From NCBI RefSeq assembly GCF_048593235.1, contig NC_133617.1, positions 534,296,958 to 534,360,957 of the forward strand: 64,000 bases of DNA, given 5' to 3'. A program made the translations under genes and the position numbers. Source of the stretch: Sminthopsis crassicaudata (taxonomy: Eukaryota). Positions 1 to 11,990 of the stretch are shown here, piece after piece (within the stretch, counting starts at the first letter, position 1; the number at the start of each line of letters is the position of its first letter). The notes beneath the pieces were generated by a model that saw only the letters and a list, made by a program, of their open reading frames with translations, had not been told where the DNA came from and searched no databases.

Positions 1-470
1 GTTGTTCTTCTGACACAATTTTTGTAGGACCATGATATCCTACATCACCTGTTTTTGCTGCCATCTTTAAAAACTTAAGTACAGGTTGAGTACCCTGTAC
101 ATTCCCATTTGTTTCTTATAACAATCCCCTCTTTTCTAATTCATCAGAATTACTTGCTTTTTTCTCTTCATAATTTTGTTTTTAAGAGTTTCCCATTGCT
201 CCTCATCTCATTTTCCTTATAGAATTTTATAGTATTCTTTCTGTCCTTTCTCAGAGGGTTTTGAAATGTGCTCTCATAAAATCTCAAATATATGTCAGTC
301 TAAGCCCAGATTTTTTTCCTATTCCCATTTAAAAATGAAGTTATCAATCCTTCCTCCACCAAGATTTCCATCATCTTCATTCTAGCAACTAAAGTGCCCT
401 TTTAGTGAGAATCAGATCAATAATAACATTTTCTCTCAAGTTGCATCTCCTTTTGAAAAGTAAAATGTTC
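1..470 (-). mobile_element. Old L1 ORF2 fragment (antisense), degraded
   Basis: T-rich sequence with the texture of antisense L1 ORF2; no intact frame and no diagnostic motif confirmed. Confidence 0.35.
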
Positions 471-479
471 AGTTAGAGA

Positions 480-796
480 ACTGAAACCCACAAGGACATC
501 AAGGAATAATCAAGGGTGGAGTTTATCTTCTCCCCAAAGCATGTAAGCTCCTTGGGAGCAGGGACTGACTTTTGTAAACAGGGATGGTTTACTGAGATTT
601 GAAAGGAATCTTTTGTTCTTTGCCCTTAGCTCTCCTCTGTTACTTTTTTCTTCTGAATGTAAGCTCCTTTGGAGCAGGAGCTATGTAATGAGGGGTGGAG
701 ATTCAGAATAGGAAATAAAATGCTGCCTTTGGAATTCCAAAGGTGTGTCTGTCCACTCATCTAGACAACCATTCTTGCAGAAATGTAAAATAAATC
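480..796. mobile_element. Possible LTR-like fragment, cut by assembly gap
   Basis: Contains ATGTAAGCTCCTT(G/T)GGAGCAGG twice (~541 and ~657; L2/MIR-tail-like) and AATAAA motifs; ends at the N-run. Confidence 0.25.
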
Positions 797-1389
797 NNNN
801 NNNNNNNNNNNNNNNNNNNNNNNNNNNNNNNNNNNNNNNNNNNNNNNNNNNNNNNNNNNNNNNNNNNNNNNNNNNNNNNNNNNNNNNNNNNNNNNNNNNN
901 NNNNNNNNNNNNNNNNNNNNNNNNNNNNNNNNNNNNNNNNNNNNNNNNNNNNNNNNNNNNNNNNNNNNNNNNNNNNNNNNNNNNNNNNNNNNNNNNNNNN
1001 NNNNNNNNNNNNNNNNNNNNNNNNNNNNNNNNNNNNNNNNNNNNNNNNNNNNNNNNNNNNNNNNNNNNNNNNNNNNNNNNNNNNNNNNNNNNNNNNNNNN
1101 NNNNNNNNNNNNNNNNNNNNNNNNNNNNNNNNNNNNNNNNNNNNNNNNNNNNNNNNNNNNNNNNNNNNNNNNNNNNNNNNNNNNNNNNNNNNNNNNNNNN
1201 NNNNNNNNNNNNNNNNNNNNNNNNNNNNNNNNNNNNNNNNNNNNNNNNNNNNNNNNNNNNNNNNNNNNNNNNNNNNNNNNNNNNNNNNNNNNNNNNNNNN
1301 NNNNNNNNNNNNNNNNNNNNNNNNNNNNNNNNNNNNNNNNNNNNNNNNNNNNNNNNNNNNNNNNNNNNNNNNNNNNNNNNNNNNNNNNN
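797..1389. other. Assembly gap (N-run)
   Basis: Run of n characters. Confidence 1.
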
Positions 1390-1634
1390 GCTATTTCACG
1401 AAGTCATTAGCTAGTCTGATTTTGGCAGAGAAAGGTCTTTATTATATATCTGAATATATCATGTGTCTATTCCAGAATTATTTGTTTCCTAAACATTCTA
1501 TCTATTCTTTCTATAGATAGTCTATAATGTATTCTAATGTCAAAATTATTTCTGTTCCTCCCTCCACTGATTTGGATCTTAATGATCACTACCATATTTC
1601 TCTTCCTCTGGTTTTTAAATTTCCTTTTACAAGC

Positions 1635-2160
1635 TATCTTTTTTTTTTTTTAACTAATAGCTTTTTATTTTCAAAATCCATGCAACAATAGTTTTCATCA
1701 TTTACCCTTGCAAAACCTTGTGTTCTAAAAATTTCTCCCTCCCTTCTCCCATCCCCCCTCCCCAAGATAGCAAGTAATCCAATATAGGTTAAACATGTGG
1801 AATTCTTCTAAACATATTTCCATATTTATCATCTGTGCAAGAAAAAATCAAATCAAAAAAGGGAATGAGAAAGAAAAAACAAAACAAAACAAAACAACAA
1901 AACAACAACAAAAAAGGTGAAAATACAGTACCATAGCCTCCTTTCTGGTTGCAGATGGCTCTCTCTATCACAAATCTGTTGGAATTTACTTGAATTACCT
2001 CATTATTGAAAAGAACCAAATCCATCATAGTTGATCATCATATAATCTTGCTGTTGCTGTATACAATATTCTCTTGATTATTCACTTCACTTAGCATCAG
2101 TTCATGTAAGTCTCTCTAGGCCTTTCTGAAATTAGCCTACTGATCATTTCTTACAGTACA
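1635..2160 (-). mobile_element. L1 3' end (5'-truncated), marsupial type
   Basis: Poly-T then AATAGCTTTTTATTTTCAAAA and the L1 3'UTR pattern seen in several other copies in the window. Confidence 0.9.
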
Positions 2161-2164
2161 ATAA

Positions 2165-3045
2165 TTTTTTTTCATTTCTTTTTTTTTAAATTGAAGCTTT
2201 TTATTTTCAAAACATATGCAAGCATACTTTTTCACCATTGACCCTTGCAAAATTTTGTGTTCCAATTTCCACCCCCCTTCCTCCATCTTCTCTCCTAGAT
2301 GGCAAGTAACCAAATATATGTTACACATGGTAAAAATATATGTAAATCCAATATAGGCAAACATATTTATATAATTATCTTACTACACAAGAAGAATCAG
2401 ATCAAAAAGGAAAAAAAAATGAGAAAGAAAATAAAATTCAAGCAAACAACGCCAAAGAGAAAGAAAATGCCATGTTGTGATCCACACTCAGTTCCCACAG
2501 TTCTCTCTCTGGGTGTGGATGGTTCTCTTCATCACAAGATCATTGGAACTGGCCTCAGTCATCTCATTGTTAAAAAGAGCCACATCTGTCAGAATTGGTC
2601 ATCCTTTAATCTTGTTGTTGTTGTGTATAATGATCTCCTGCTTCTGCTCACTTCACTCAGCATCAGTTCATGTAAGTCTCTCCAGGCTTTTCTGAAATCA
2701 TCCTGCTGATTGTTTCTTATAGAACAGTAATTTCCATAACATTCTTATACCATAACTATTTTAGCCATTCCCCAACTGATGGGCATCCACTCATTTTCCA
2801 GTTCCTTGCCACTACAAAAAGAGTTACCATAAACATTTTTGCACATGTGGGTTCTTTTCCCTTTTTTGTGATCTTTTTTGGGACACAGACCCAGTAGACA
2901 CACTGCTGGATCAAATGGTACGCACAGCCTGATAGCCCTTCGAGCAAAGTTCCAAATTGCTCTCCAAAATGCTTGGATCAGTTCACAAATCCACCAGCAA
3001 TGCATTAATGTGCCAGTTTTCCCACATCCACTCCAACATTTGTCA
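2165..3045 (-). mobile_element. L1 3' end including ORF2 C-terminus
   Basis: ORF 2745..3050(-) CWSGCGKTGTLMHCWW...PFDPAVCLLGLCPK matches the L1 ORF2 C-terminal motif CWRGCG..GTLLHCWW...PFDPAIPLLGIYP; poly-T tail at 2165-2188. Confidence 0.95.
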
Positions 3046-3074
3046 AGCAAGATGTTTCTGGGTTGTAGTCTACA

Positions 3075-4030
3075 TAGAGGGGAGTAAGGTGTAAGGATAC
3101 AGAACAGGTAGGGAGCTTAGCTATGAAGGACAATAAATGCCAAACAGAAGATTTTATAATTTGATCCTCTAGGTAATAGGGATTCACAGAGCTTTTTTTT
3201 TATGGAGAAAAAGGGAGTGACATGGTCAGATCTACACTTTATGACAATCACTTTGGAAGCAAAGTGGGGAGAGATTTGAAGTAAGGAGATCAATTAGAAG
3301 GCTATTGAAGCAGTTCAGGTGTGAGTTGATGAGAGCAGTGACACAGGACAGAAAGTAAAGTATATGAGAAATGTTACAAAGGTAGAAATTCTAAGACTTT
3401 TAAACAAATTGGATATGTGGAGTGAGTACTAGAGAGGAGATGAGAATGACACAGATTGTCTCACTGTTTAACTGCAGTAAGAAAATATGGAAGTGAGAAA
3501 GGCATGGAAGCAGGTAGGGGATTGCAGCAACTCTGTTTTGGCTCTCTAGTTTGAGATGTTGAAAAGTCACTTAATAATCTGAGACTAAAGCTTGGGAAAG
3601 AGATTAAAGCTGAATATATAGATCTTGGAATCTTCTGTATAGAATTCAACCTGTGGGAGCTGATATGATCAAGAAACAAGATAGTATAGTGAAACAAGAA
3701 AATAGGGCCCAAGACAGAACCTTGGGAAACATGCATAGTTAGTGGAGATAATCTAGATGAAGATTCAGAAGAGGAAATGACTAGGAGCAGTGAAACAGGT
3801 AGGAGAGAATATGGAGGGAGAACCACAAAAAAGAGCAATATCATGAAAACCTGCAGAGGAGAAAGTATTCAGGAGAAGAGGATGATAGTGTCAATAATTA
3901 TGGAGAGGTTAAAAAAAAAAGAATAAGATCATTAGATATGGAAATTTGAGATTATTGATGTCTTTGGAGAAAGTAATTTTATTTCAATGGTGAGGTTTGA
4001 AATGAGACTTGTAAAAGGTTTAGAATCACC
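3075..4030 (-). mobile_element. L2 LINE fragment (RT region)
   Basis: ORF 3461..3844(-) contains VSQGSVLGPIFLFHYT...ISSH, matching L2 RT GVPQGSVLGPLLFSLYT..LI.SH. Confidence 0.9.
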
Positions 4031-4264
4031 AGGCCTCTGTTATATTTGTGAAGTCAAATTAGGATCTCTAGTTTTTCTTCCTTATTATTTAAGTTTTGGG
4101 CATTTGTATATTGACATTTTAGGTTATATAATTTAGTTCTGGCTCCTTCTTATATTTTGTCTTCTGTGAATTTCTGAGTGTTTTTGCTATTGTTCTTCAT
4201 TGTAACTACTCCTGTCTAGCTTAGTAAATAAAAATAGGCAATATTCTCTCTTTTCATTTTAAAG

Positions 4265-4450
4265 GGACAATGAGGGATGCAGTAGAGACAGGATTGGGCC
4301 TAAAATCAGGAAGAACTGAATTCAAATCTAATCTTGGGCATTTATTATCTGAGTGACTCAGGACAAATCACTTAAATTGCAATGCCAAACAATTTGGCAG
4401 CGTGCCTGGCACATAGGAAATACTACATAAATGTTAGCTATTATTATAGA
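4265..4450 (+). mobile_element. MIR/Ther CORE-SINE
   Basis: tRNA-like head with B box (GAATTCAAATCT), core GTGACTCAGGACAAATCACTTAA, MIR-type tail. Confidence 0.8.
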
Positions 4451-4699
4451 CTTTTAAACTAAATTTGAAAAGTACCATAGAAGAATATTTTTACCAATAT
4501 TGTCAGATTTACTTCATCTCTAGCCTGGACTTCTATCCCTTTGTAATCCTATGCATATCCATATCCAGAAGTGTTCCATGGAAACTTGAGACATTAGAAG
4601 GGTTTCTATCTGGACACTTAAAGATGCCTCAAGTTTCCATGGTAATGCATCTGGGAAAAGTAAGCCCAGGATTCCTCTTGCATCTCAGCCACAGTCCAG

Positions 4700-5420
4700 A
4701 AATCCAAATTCCATTCTAAATCAACATTTTCTTAGCCAATTGTTCATGTCCAAATTATTATTATTTTTTGTCTTCATCATTCCTTAACTTTAATGGCAGG
4801 ACTGAGGAAAACACAAATTGTTCCTATATGATCTTCTTTTTTTACTTAAGTCTATGTAATATTGAGCAATATTTTCTAGTTTCTTTGTGGCAATATCATT
4901 TGTGTTTATGTGAATATCCTGAAATAGATAATAAGATTTTTTTTCAGTGATGATAGAATAGTGTCAATAACATCTGTTATATTTGATCTGCATTTTGTGA
5001 CCTTTAAAAAATTGCCTTTATATTTTAGTCATTATAAGTATTATTTTTAAGCTTTACTTTCCTTACTCTGCATTACTTCATACAAATCTTAGAATTTTTC
5101 TTTGAATTATTTACATTTTTCATTTTTATGGCACATTTTTAGCTCCTCTATTACAGATAGATGTGTTTTGTTTCCAAATTTTTTCACAAATAATGCTGCT
5201 ACAGTATATGTGATTTTATACATATATGTCATTTCCTGCTATTATTAACTTCTTTGAGATTTAATCCCATTGCTAGAATCTCTGAGTGAAAGGATATGAA
5301 CAAATGAACAATTTCACATATAACTCCAAATTATTTTCTAAAATGGTTGGACCAGTTTACCACTCTACAAAAAATGATTTGATTTTCCCACAGCCCCTCC
5401 AAAATTTAATCTTTTTTCTT
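4700..5420 (-). mobile_element. Old L1 3' region
   Basis: AAATGGTTGGACCAGTTTACCACTC...TTTTCCCACAGCCCCTCCAA is the antisense ORF2 C-terminal pattern also seen at ~2960-3040. Confidence 0.7.
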
Positions 5421-5859
5421 CTTTCCTTATTTAATGTCATCCTTTTATTTTACAGATGAGGAAATTGAGATCCAGAGATGAAGGCACTTGCACAAGTTCA
5501 CAAAATGAGTCAGTAGAAGATGGATCTAGAAGTCAAGTCTTATCTTTCCAGTCCAGTATCCTCTTTCCATTACAAAGCTGCCTCTTTTTTGTGGATATCT
5601 GGGGACTTAATTCATTATTCCTCTGCCAGTTTAAGACATCTGAATTCATTACTTTACATAGAACAAATTTGGCTAGGGTCACAAAGTTAAATCTTTTAGT
5701 TGGACAAATTCTTTTCTTTTAAAACAAACTAAATCCAAATTGTTCTATAGACAAAAATAGCATCCCTAACCATAGCCAAACATATTTTAAATGTAAATGT
5801 AGCATGGGCTTTTATCTGGAGTAGGAGCTCAATGAATATTTGTTGGTTTAATTTGGTAC

Positions 5860-6300
5860 TTTTGGCAATTGTGTATCATCCTTGTTTAAGCCTTGTCTGA
5901 TGTTTATTATCAGAGTCACTGAATAGAGTTCTGTTCATCCACACAGGAAAGATTCATGATCCAAAAATATCCATTACTTTAGAATTCATTCATTTATTTT
6001 TGTTGTGAAATCTCTTAATGAATCCTGAATGATCTTGACATATGGATGGGAGATGCCTTGTTGTGAAAGATCTTGTAAGGCTTAAATACCTTTTTTCATG
6101 ATAAATCATTGCACAACAATAAGCACACAATAATATGATGTTCTCTATATATCTTTCAGCCAATTTCAGCAAAAATGTGTATGACCTATTGCTGAATACA
6201 CTGCTTTTTTCCTATTTATATTTTCATCAAAGATACCCCTTATTTATATAAAGCTGATATTCAAATATTTTGTATAAATAAAAGAAAAAGCATTGAATTT
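5860..6300 (+). mobile_element. RTE-X (L4-like) LINE fragment, second copy
   Basis: Shares CTGTTCATCCACACAGGAAAGATT with ~7812; frame reads VLFIHTGKIHDPKISI...LVVKDLV (cf. RTE-X IKYW.KI...W...VK.LL). Confidence 0.5.
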
Positions 6301-6354
6301 GTTCTTGATATTCTCTTAGTCACTTTGAATTGGTACAAGACAGAAGAAAGGTAG

Positions 6355-6545
6355 GAATCAAGCATTTATTAAGTACCTACTATGTGCTAAGTACTGAGAA
6401 GTAGGTGTTATTATTATCCTCAGAAAAATGAGTTCCATTGAAGTTAAATGATTTGCCCAGGGATACACAGTTAGTAAATGGCTAGGGCTGGATTTGAACT
6501 CAGATTTCCTAACTTTAGATCCAATACTATATTGACTGTGCCACA
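6355..6545 (-). mobile_element. MIR/Ther SINE
   Basis: AAGCATTTATTAAGTACCTACTATGTG...GATTTGAACTCAG (reverse-complement B box). Confidence 0.85.
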
Positions 6546-6672
6546 TAGTCATCAGAAAGATATAGGATTTTTTCCCCCATGCCTTTAGTATCTTCCCCTC
6601 TTTGAAATACCTTATAAATTAGTTTCTCTATATCTTAATAATTATACTGCCTTAAGCAAGCCCTTTTCTATA

Positions 6673-6728
6673 TTGGTTGTCCCAAAAGTCCCAGTGCAGT
6701 GAAGCTTTAATAGTTTTGGGACATCCTG
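6673..6728. mobile_element. Tc1/mariner MITE, short copy
   Basis: TA-flanked (6671-72 and 6729-30); imperfect TIR GTCCCAAAA...TTTTGGGACATCCTG, same TIR as 52807-52911. Confidence 0.7.
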
Positions 6729-7104
6729 TACATACTTGATCCGATGTAGTTGCATTTCTAATCTTTGTTTTCTTTAGTTTCATTTGTATTTCCATTTTAA
6801 GTACTTTACTCTGATGTTAGTGGTTCTTCTATTCTTGGTGTAGAAAAGTTAGTTATAACAGTTTTTGTAAATATTTTCTATTTTTTCTTTCTTTTCTAGT
6901 CCTGCCTTTGTCTTTGAATGCCAGTTTGGCTTAATTATATAGTTATATTACCAACTTTACTTTAAATTATATTATTATTATAATCATTATAATTATATAT
7001 GTGATAACTATCATATAAAATATAATTATAATATAGATCTTTATCAACTATCAACTTTAAGTTGAATTTGTGTTCTATTGCTTCTATATAGCAATATAAG
7101 AAAA

Positions 7105-7360
7105 TTGGGTTATTATTGTTTGGTTGTGTTAGTCATGTCCAATTCTTTGTGACTCCATTTTGGGGGGTTTTCTTGGTAAAGATCCTGGAGTAATTTGCCA
7201 TTTCCTTGTTTAGCTCACTTTACAGATAAGAATCTGAGGTAAAGAGGATTACATAATTTGCTCAATTTCACACAGTTAATAAATGATGAAGCCCAATTTG
7301 AACTTATGAAAATGAATCTTCCTGATTCCAAATCCAATGTTCTAACCACTGCACTATCTA
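7105..7360 (-). mobile_element. MAR1 SINE (marsupial)
   Basis: GTGACTCCATTT.GGGGTTTTCTTGGTAAAGAT.CTGGAG...TTTGCCATTTCCTT is the reverse complement of the MAR1 RTE-derived tail, joined to a CORE domain. Confidence 0.85.
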
Positions 7361-7364
7361 GCCT

Positions 7365-8500
7365 ACTCTATATAATGAGGAAATATTGCATAAAAATGTC
7401 CATTATCCTTCTTATTAAGATTTTAAAGATTCTAATCTGGTGTTATCTTTGGCAGCCATCACTTTCCGTTTGGAAATTAATGTTTGCTGATTATGGTGTT
7501 TTCTAAATATTTTGATATCCTTTTTGTATAATTTAATCTGGTTTAATTTATGGATGAAATTATAATTCATGTCAATGTTGATGTCATTTCTGTTGTCTAT
7601 TCACATTTTTTACTTTCAATGTTTGCTAAAAGCATTACTATTGTACTAGAGGAGATCCAATACAGAGATCTGGTCGAGAATAAATCTTTGTGATGAGGAT
7701 GTTGAAGCGTTCCAGAGGATGCTATTTGTGTATCACATTGTGCTGATTGCCTCAAACCCCAAGATGTTGCAGAGAATCCGGGAAGAGATCTGTTATGACT
7801 TAAAGTTGGTCCTGTTCATCCACACAGGAAAGATTAATTACCCAAGAATATCTATTATTCAGAATGCAACATTTCAAAATAGTTACATCATAGACCTAGT
7901 TCAACAGTTTTTATGTTCAGAACATACAATATAAATGGAAAATGAACTGGTCTCAAGAGTTGAAAAAGAGGACAATAGCATATTGGGCTATTTTTATGAA
8001 ATTTCGAAGCAATTTTGTTACTCCATAAAAACAAAGACCCTTTTTTTTTCAACACAGGTTTGGTATGGCTATATAGCTATTGGAGTGATTATCATTGTCT
8101 TTGAAGAGCAACATATGAACATCACTTAGAGATAAGTGTAAGGCTCATCATAGGCATGAACAGACTATAATTTAAAATAAGTGAAAAACTCCAAAGAAGA
8201 ATATGAGTAAACAATTTTATCAAGAAATCATATCACAGAAAGAACAGATGAGCTGATTACAAAGTTTAAGTGAGTTGTGCCAAAGAAAAAGCTCCACTGG
8301 TATCTTCACAATGTCAGCAGAAAGTGAAGAACGGCGCCAGTATATTGAGACTTCTTTGGTGAACTTTAGGAAGGACATAGATAAAAGTTGTACAGGATAG
8401 GAAAGCCTAGATGGGCTATGATCTGTGTTATTTGAGGAAAATCTTAAATTGATGAAATCCAAGATCCATTTGAATATGTGAGTCATTTTCTTCAGTCACA
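7365..8500 (+). mobile_element. RTE-X clade (L4-like) LINE fossil, RT C-terminus to zinc knuckle
   Basis: One frame reads FQCLLKALLLY*...EIW...VEAFQRM...INYPRI (cf. LFD.L.KPIL.YG.E.W...IE......IKYW.KI); later RLIIGMNRL (cf. RL..SSHRL) and SELC...H...ERRQYI (cf. CxxC..H....C...R.KYI). Only one stop in ~160 codons from 7651 to 8127. Confidence 0.6.
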
Positions 8501-8519
8501 CAATGGGGAGTAGTCCCAC

Positions 8520-8872
8520 ATTATATTAGAAACTTAGTCTTGGAAAGCTTAATTCCACTCCCCCCCAAGTGACTATTACACAAGAGACAATCAAATATAA
8601 ACTTATTTAGGAGGGCAATCAGCTAAATGTTAATTGGGAAAATTATACAGATTAGATGAAAGGATACACAAAACTCAGGGGGCTCTGTTGCTTGGGAGTG
8701 AGATGAAATCTTAGCCAAACCAAAGAGAAAACCATGTCATCAAACAGCTAGTCTTTGAAATCTCTGGTGTACAGGAGTTAGGAATCAAGGGACATATTGA
8801 GGTTCTAGCTTTCCCCACATGCCTTCAACTCTAGGAATGTGTCTTCACCTTTCAAAGACTGTGTTTTCTCTC
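8520..8872. mobile_element. Possible LTR fragment next to gap
   Basis: Non-coding and compositionally LTR-like; termini not verifiable because of the gap. Confidence 0.25.
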
Positions 8873-9115
8873 NNNNNNNNNNNNNNNNNNNNNNNNNNNN
8901 NNNNNNNNNNNNNNNNNNNNNNNNNNNNNNNNNNNNNNNNNNNNNNNNNNNNNNNNNNNNNNNNNNNNNNNNNNNNNNNNNNNNNNNNNNNNNNNNNNNN
9001 NNNNNNNNNNNNNNNNNNNNNNNNNNNNNNNNNNNNNNNNNNNNNNNNNNNNNNNNNNNNNNNNNNNNNNNNNNNNNNNNNNNNNNNNNNNNNNNNNNNN
9101 NNNNNNNNNNNNNNN
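8873..9115. other. Assembly gap (N-run)
   Basis: Run of n characters. Confidence 1.
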
Positions 9116-9190
9116 TGAAATCAGATTTGAACTCGGGGCCTCCTGACCTCAGGGCTGGTGCTCTTTCTACTGAATCACTTAGCTGCCCCT
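9116..9190 (-). mobile_element. WSINE1-type tRNA-derived SINE, 5' head
   Basis: Reverse complement GGGGCAGCTAAGTGATTCAGTAGAAAGAGCACCAGCCCTGAGGTCAGGAGGCCCCGAGTTCAAATC has A and B boxes; remainder lost in the gap. Confidence 0.8.
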
Positions 9191-9929
9191 ATTTTTTTCT
9201 TTTGTCTCTCTCACAAGGCTAATTAGGAGTCAGTTCCTCTTTATATACAAACACTGTACACAACATCACCGTTATCCTTCAAGGTATCAGCTAGCCTCTC
9301 TGGGTAATATACTAACCTTTTTGTTTTATTTACATTCAGTGAAATAACAAAACTAATAATGACAACTCTTATTTATAAGGTTCTGTATGATAATGAAATA
9401 CTTTTTCTACACTGATTCCCTTAATCACCACCACAATCTTGTAAGATAAATAAGAAATTATTCCTTGCTCCCCTAGATGCCTGTCCTGCATCATTTATAG
9501 ATGGAGAAATTGAGGCAAAGTGGCTCTGAGCACACAGAATGTATATGTGGCAGAGCTGCAAGTCAAACTCAAGTCTTGGTACTTCTTTGTATAACAGCAA
9601 GAAAATTGTAGTACCAATGATTTAAGTTATTTGCAGTAACTCATCTGTTTGTGTTTTCTTTCTGATCCATGAACATAAATGGCCCTTTAAAATAATTTTA
9701 AAGAGAGCTAACCCTATATTTAATATTATTCTCTCAAACCAGAAAGATTCAGAGTAAATTGTTCAAAAAAGAAAATAGGAATCAGTAATTTAATAAATTA
9801 AAAAACCTTAAAATCATGCTATGACAGCATATCAGTTCATTACTAAAACATGTCTCTACATTCTAAAGTATATATGTGTGCATTATATGTATATTTGTAT
9901 ATGTGTGTATATGATTTAAAGTCTTTTTT

Positions 9930-11085
9930 TCATGTGATTATAGATAGCTTTGACTTCTTTATCTGAAAATTGTTCATATACTCTGATCACTTATTAATCA
10001 TATTCTTATAAATTTGGCTCTATTCTCTATATATTTAAGAAATGAGATCTTTTTCAGAAAAACTTGCTGCAAAATCCCCTTTCCTCCAATTTTCTGCTTT
10101 CTTTCTAATCTTGGTTGCAATGGTTTTGTTTGTATAAAATGTTTTTAAATTAATGCAATTATAATTATTCATTTTATATTCCATAATGCTCTTTATGTCT
10201 TGTTTGGTAATACATTGTTTAATTACCCAAATCTGTGCTCCTCCAATGTGTTTATGCCATCAGCCTTTATGTGTAAATCATCTTCCCATTTTGACCTTGA
10301 TATATGGTGTAAAAAATTGGTCTATACTTAGTTTCTGCCAAACTACTTTTCAGTTTTCCTAGCACTTTTTGTTAATCGGTGAGTACTTGTTCCCAAAGCA
10401 GTTATATTTTTATCAAACACTGGATGACTATGGTCATTATTTACTGTGTATTATGGACTTAATCTACTTCATTGATCTATCATTCTTTCTCTCTCTCTCT
10501 TAGCCAGTACCAGTTTGTTTTGATGATTTCTGTATATAACTTTACATCTGCTATGGTTATATCTTCCCATTTTTCTCCAATTAATTCACTTTATGTATTG
10601 ACTTTTTATTCTTCTAGGTGAATTTTTTCAATTTTTTTCTAGCTCTATAAAATGATCCTTTAGAATTCTGATTGATATGATGATATGAATATGATAATTA
10701 CTGAATAAGTAAATTGATTTAAGTAGAAGTCACTTTTATTATGTTAATTTAACTTACTCATGAGCAATTAATATTTTTCCAGTTGTTTAGATCTGACTTT
10801 ACAAGTAGAAAAAGTGTTTTGTCATTGTGTTCATATAATGCCTCGATTTGTTTTGGTAGGTAGACTTACATTGTCTTTAGTTATTTTAAGTGAAATTTTT
10901 CTTTTTATCTTTTGCTGATAGAACATGTTGGTAATAACATAGAACTGTATCCAAAGTCCCTGCTCCCCTGTAGCTGCAAGCACTAATTTGATAGTGTTTT
11001 TCCTTGTCCTGGGATTTTGATCTGGATCCTTGTATGGGTAATGAAATAGAGTCCTGCACTCAGTGTCAGCAAAGTGTCTCCAATT
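9930..11085 (-). mobile_element. L1 ORF2 segment joined to a probable L1 5'UTR-like segment
   Basis: AAAAGTGTTTTGTCATTGTGTTCATATAAT...TTTTGGTAGGTAGACT is antisense to marsupial L1 (YLG)VYLP....LY.HN.KTLF; the GC-richer 5'UTR-like block begins ~10950. Confidence 0.75.
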
Positions 11086-11559
11086 TTTTTTTTTTTTTTG
11101 AGCAATTTTCTAGCCTTCTTACTATCTGTGGGTTAAGAGTTCTGGAAGTCATTACCTGTGCTCTACTCTTACCTCAGTGAGACAAACCTTTCCTGTCAAC
11201 TTTCTAAATTGTCTAGATCTATGATTCATTTTCTAACAAATAAGTGTATAAAAGATATTTCTTCTTCATATTTCTGAGGCAACTGGAACAATTTACTTAG
11301 TATAGTGAGTCTTGTTTCATATAATAGGGATGGGGAAGCACCTGTAATATGTGATTCAGGGGCTAATAAATTATAAATGGGGGAAGAGAATTTGTACCAT
11401 GCTATTTCTTTGCTAATGATGCTTTATTTATTTAATAAAGATATGAATCTCTGATAAAAAATAGGGCTCATGATGTCCATATTGTTCCCATGGCATCTTG
11501 CACTGTCCCCAAAAATGGGAATAGAGTTCAGATGTGCATTATCTGAACAACTCATTTAA

Positions 11560-11750
11560 GGAAGCAAAGAACATTTATTAAATATTATATTCTAGGCAAT
11601 GTGTTTTTCATATTCATCCCATTTGAGCATTGCAACAACCCTAGGAAATAAATGCTGATATTATCCCATTTTATAGTTAAGAAAACTAAGGCAGAGAAAG
11701 GCTAAGTAGGTAGAAAGAATGTAAGGCTATTATTTAAATTGAGATATTCC
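11560..11750 (-). mobile_element. MIR SINE
   Basis: AACATTTATTA...CCCATTTTATAGTTAAGAAAACTAAGGCAGAG, reverse-complement CORE. Confidence 0.75.
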
Positions 11751-11759
11751 TTATTTCTA

Positions 11760-11990
11760 TGGCAGCTGAGGAACCCAGTGGATAGAGTACCAGACCTGAA
11801 GTCAGGAATTTAAATCTGGCCTCACTTACTTTCTAGTTGTCTGATCCTGGGCAAGACAGTTAACTTTGCCTCACTTCCTTCATCTGTAAAATCAGCCCTG
11901 GAAAGACATGGCTAACCATTCTGGATTGTCAGAAAAACCCCAAATGGGGTCACGGAGAGTCAGATGTGATTGAGATTACTGAACAATTTC
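11760..11990 (+). mobile_element. MAR1 SINE
   Basis: GGCAGCTGAGG...GTGGATAGAGTACCAGACCTGAAGTCAGGAA head and AAAACCCCAAATGGGGTCACGGAGAGTCAGA tail. Confidence 0.85.

Noticed and set aside
745-1410. ORFs 745..1410, 8819..9118 and 8839..9222
   Set aside because: Artefacts of translating N-runs.
7690-7746. C/D-box snoRNA (GTGATGA ... CTGA)
   Set aside because: Only 57 nt, no terminal stem, and it lies inside a LINE-derived reading frame.
7719-7800. Cytochrome P450 I/J-helix resemblance (IASNPKMLQRIREEI)
   Set aside because: No AGxDT, ExxR or heme motif, and no splice sites.
7650-8520. Filovirus, rhabdovirus or bornavirus L/N fragments (IDILG, CE.FS....WG, IYSRPDL)
   Set aside because: Short hits are scattered over different frames and strands and are not collinear. 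One plus-strand frame fits RTE-X better.
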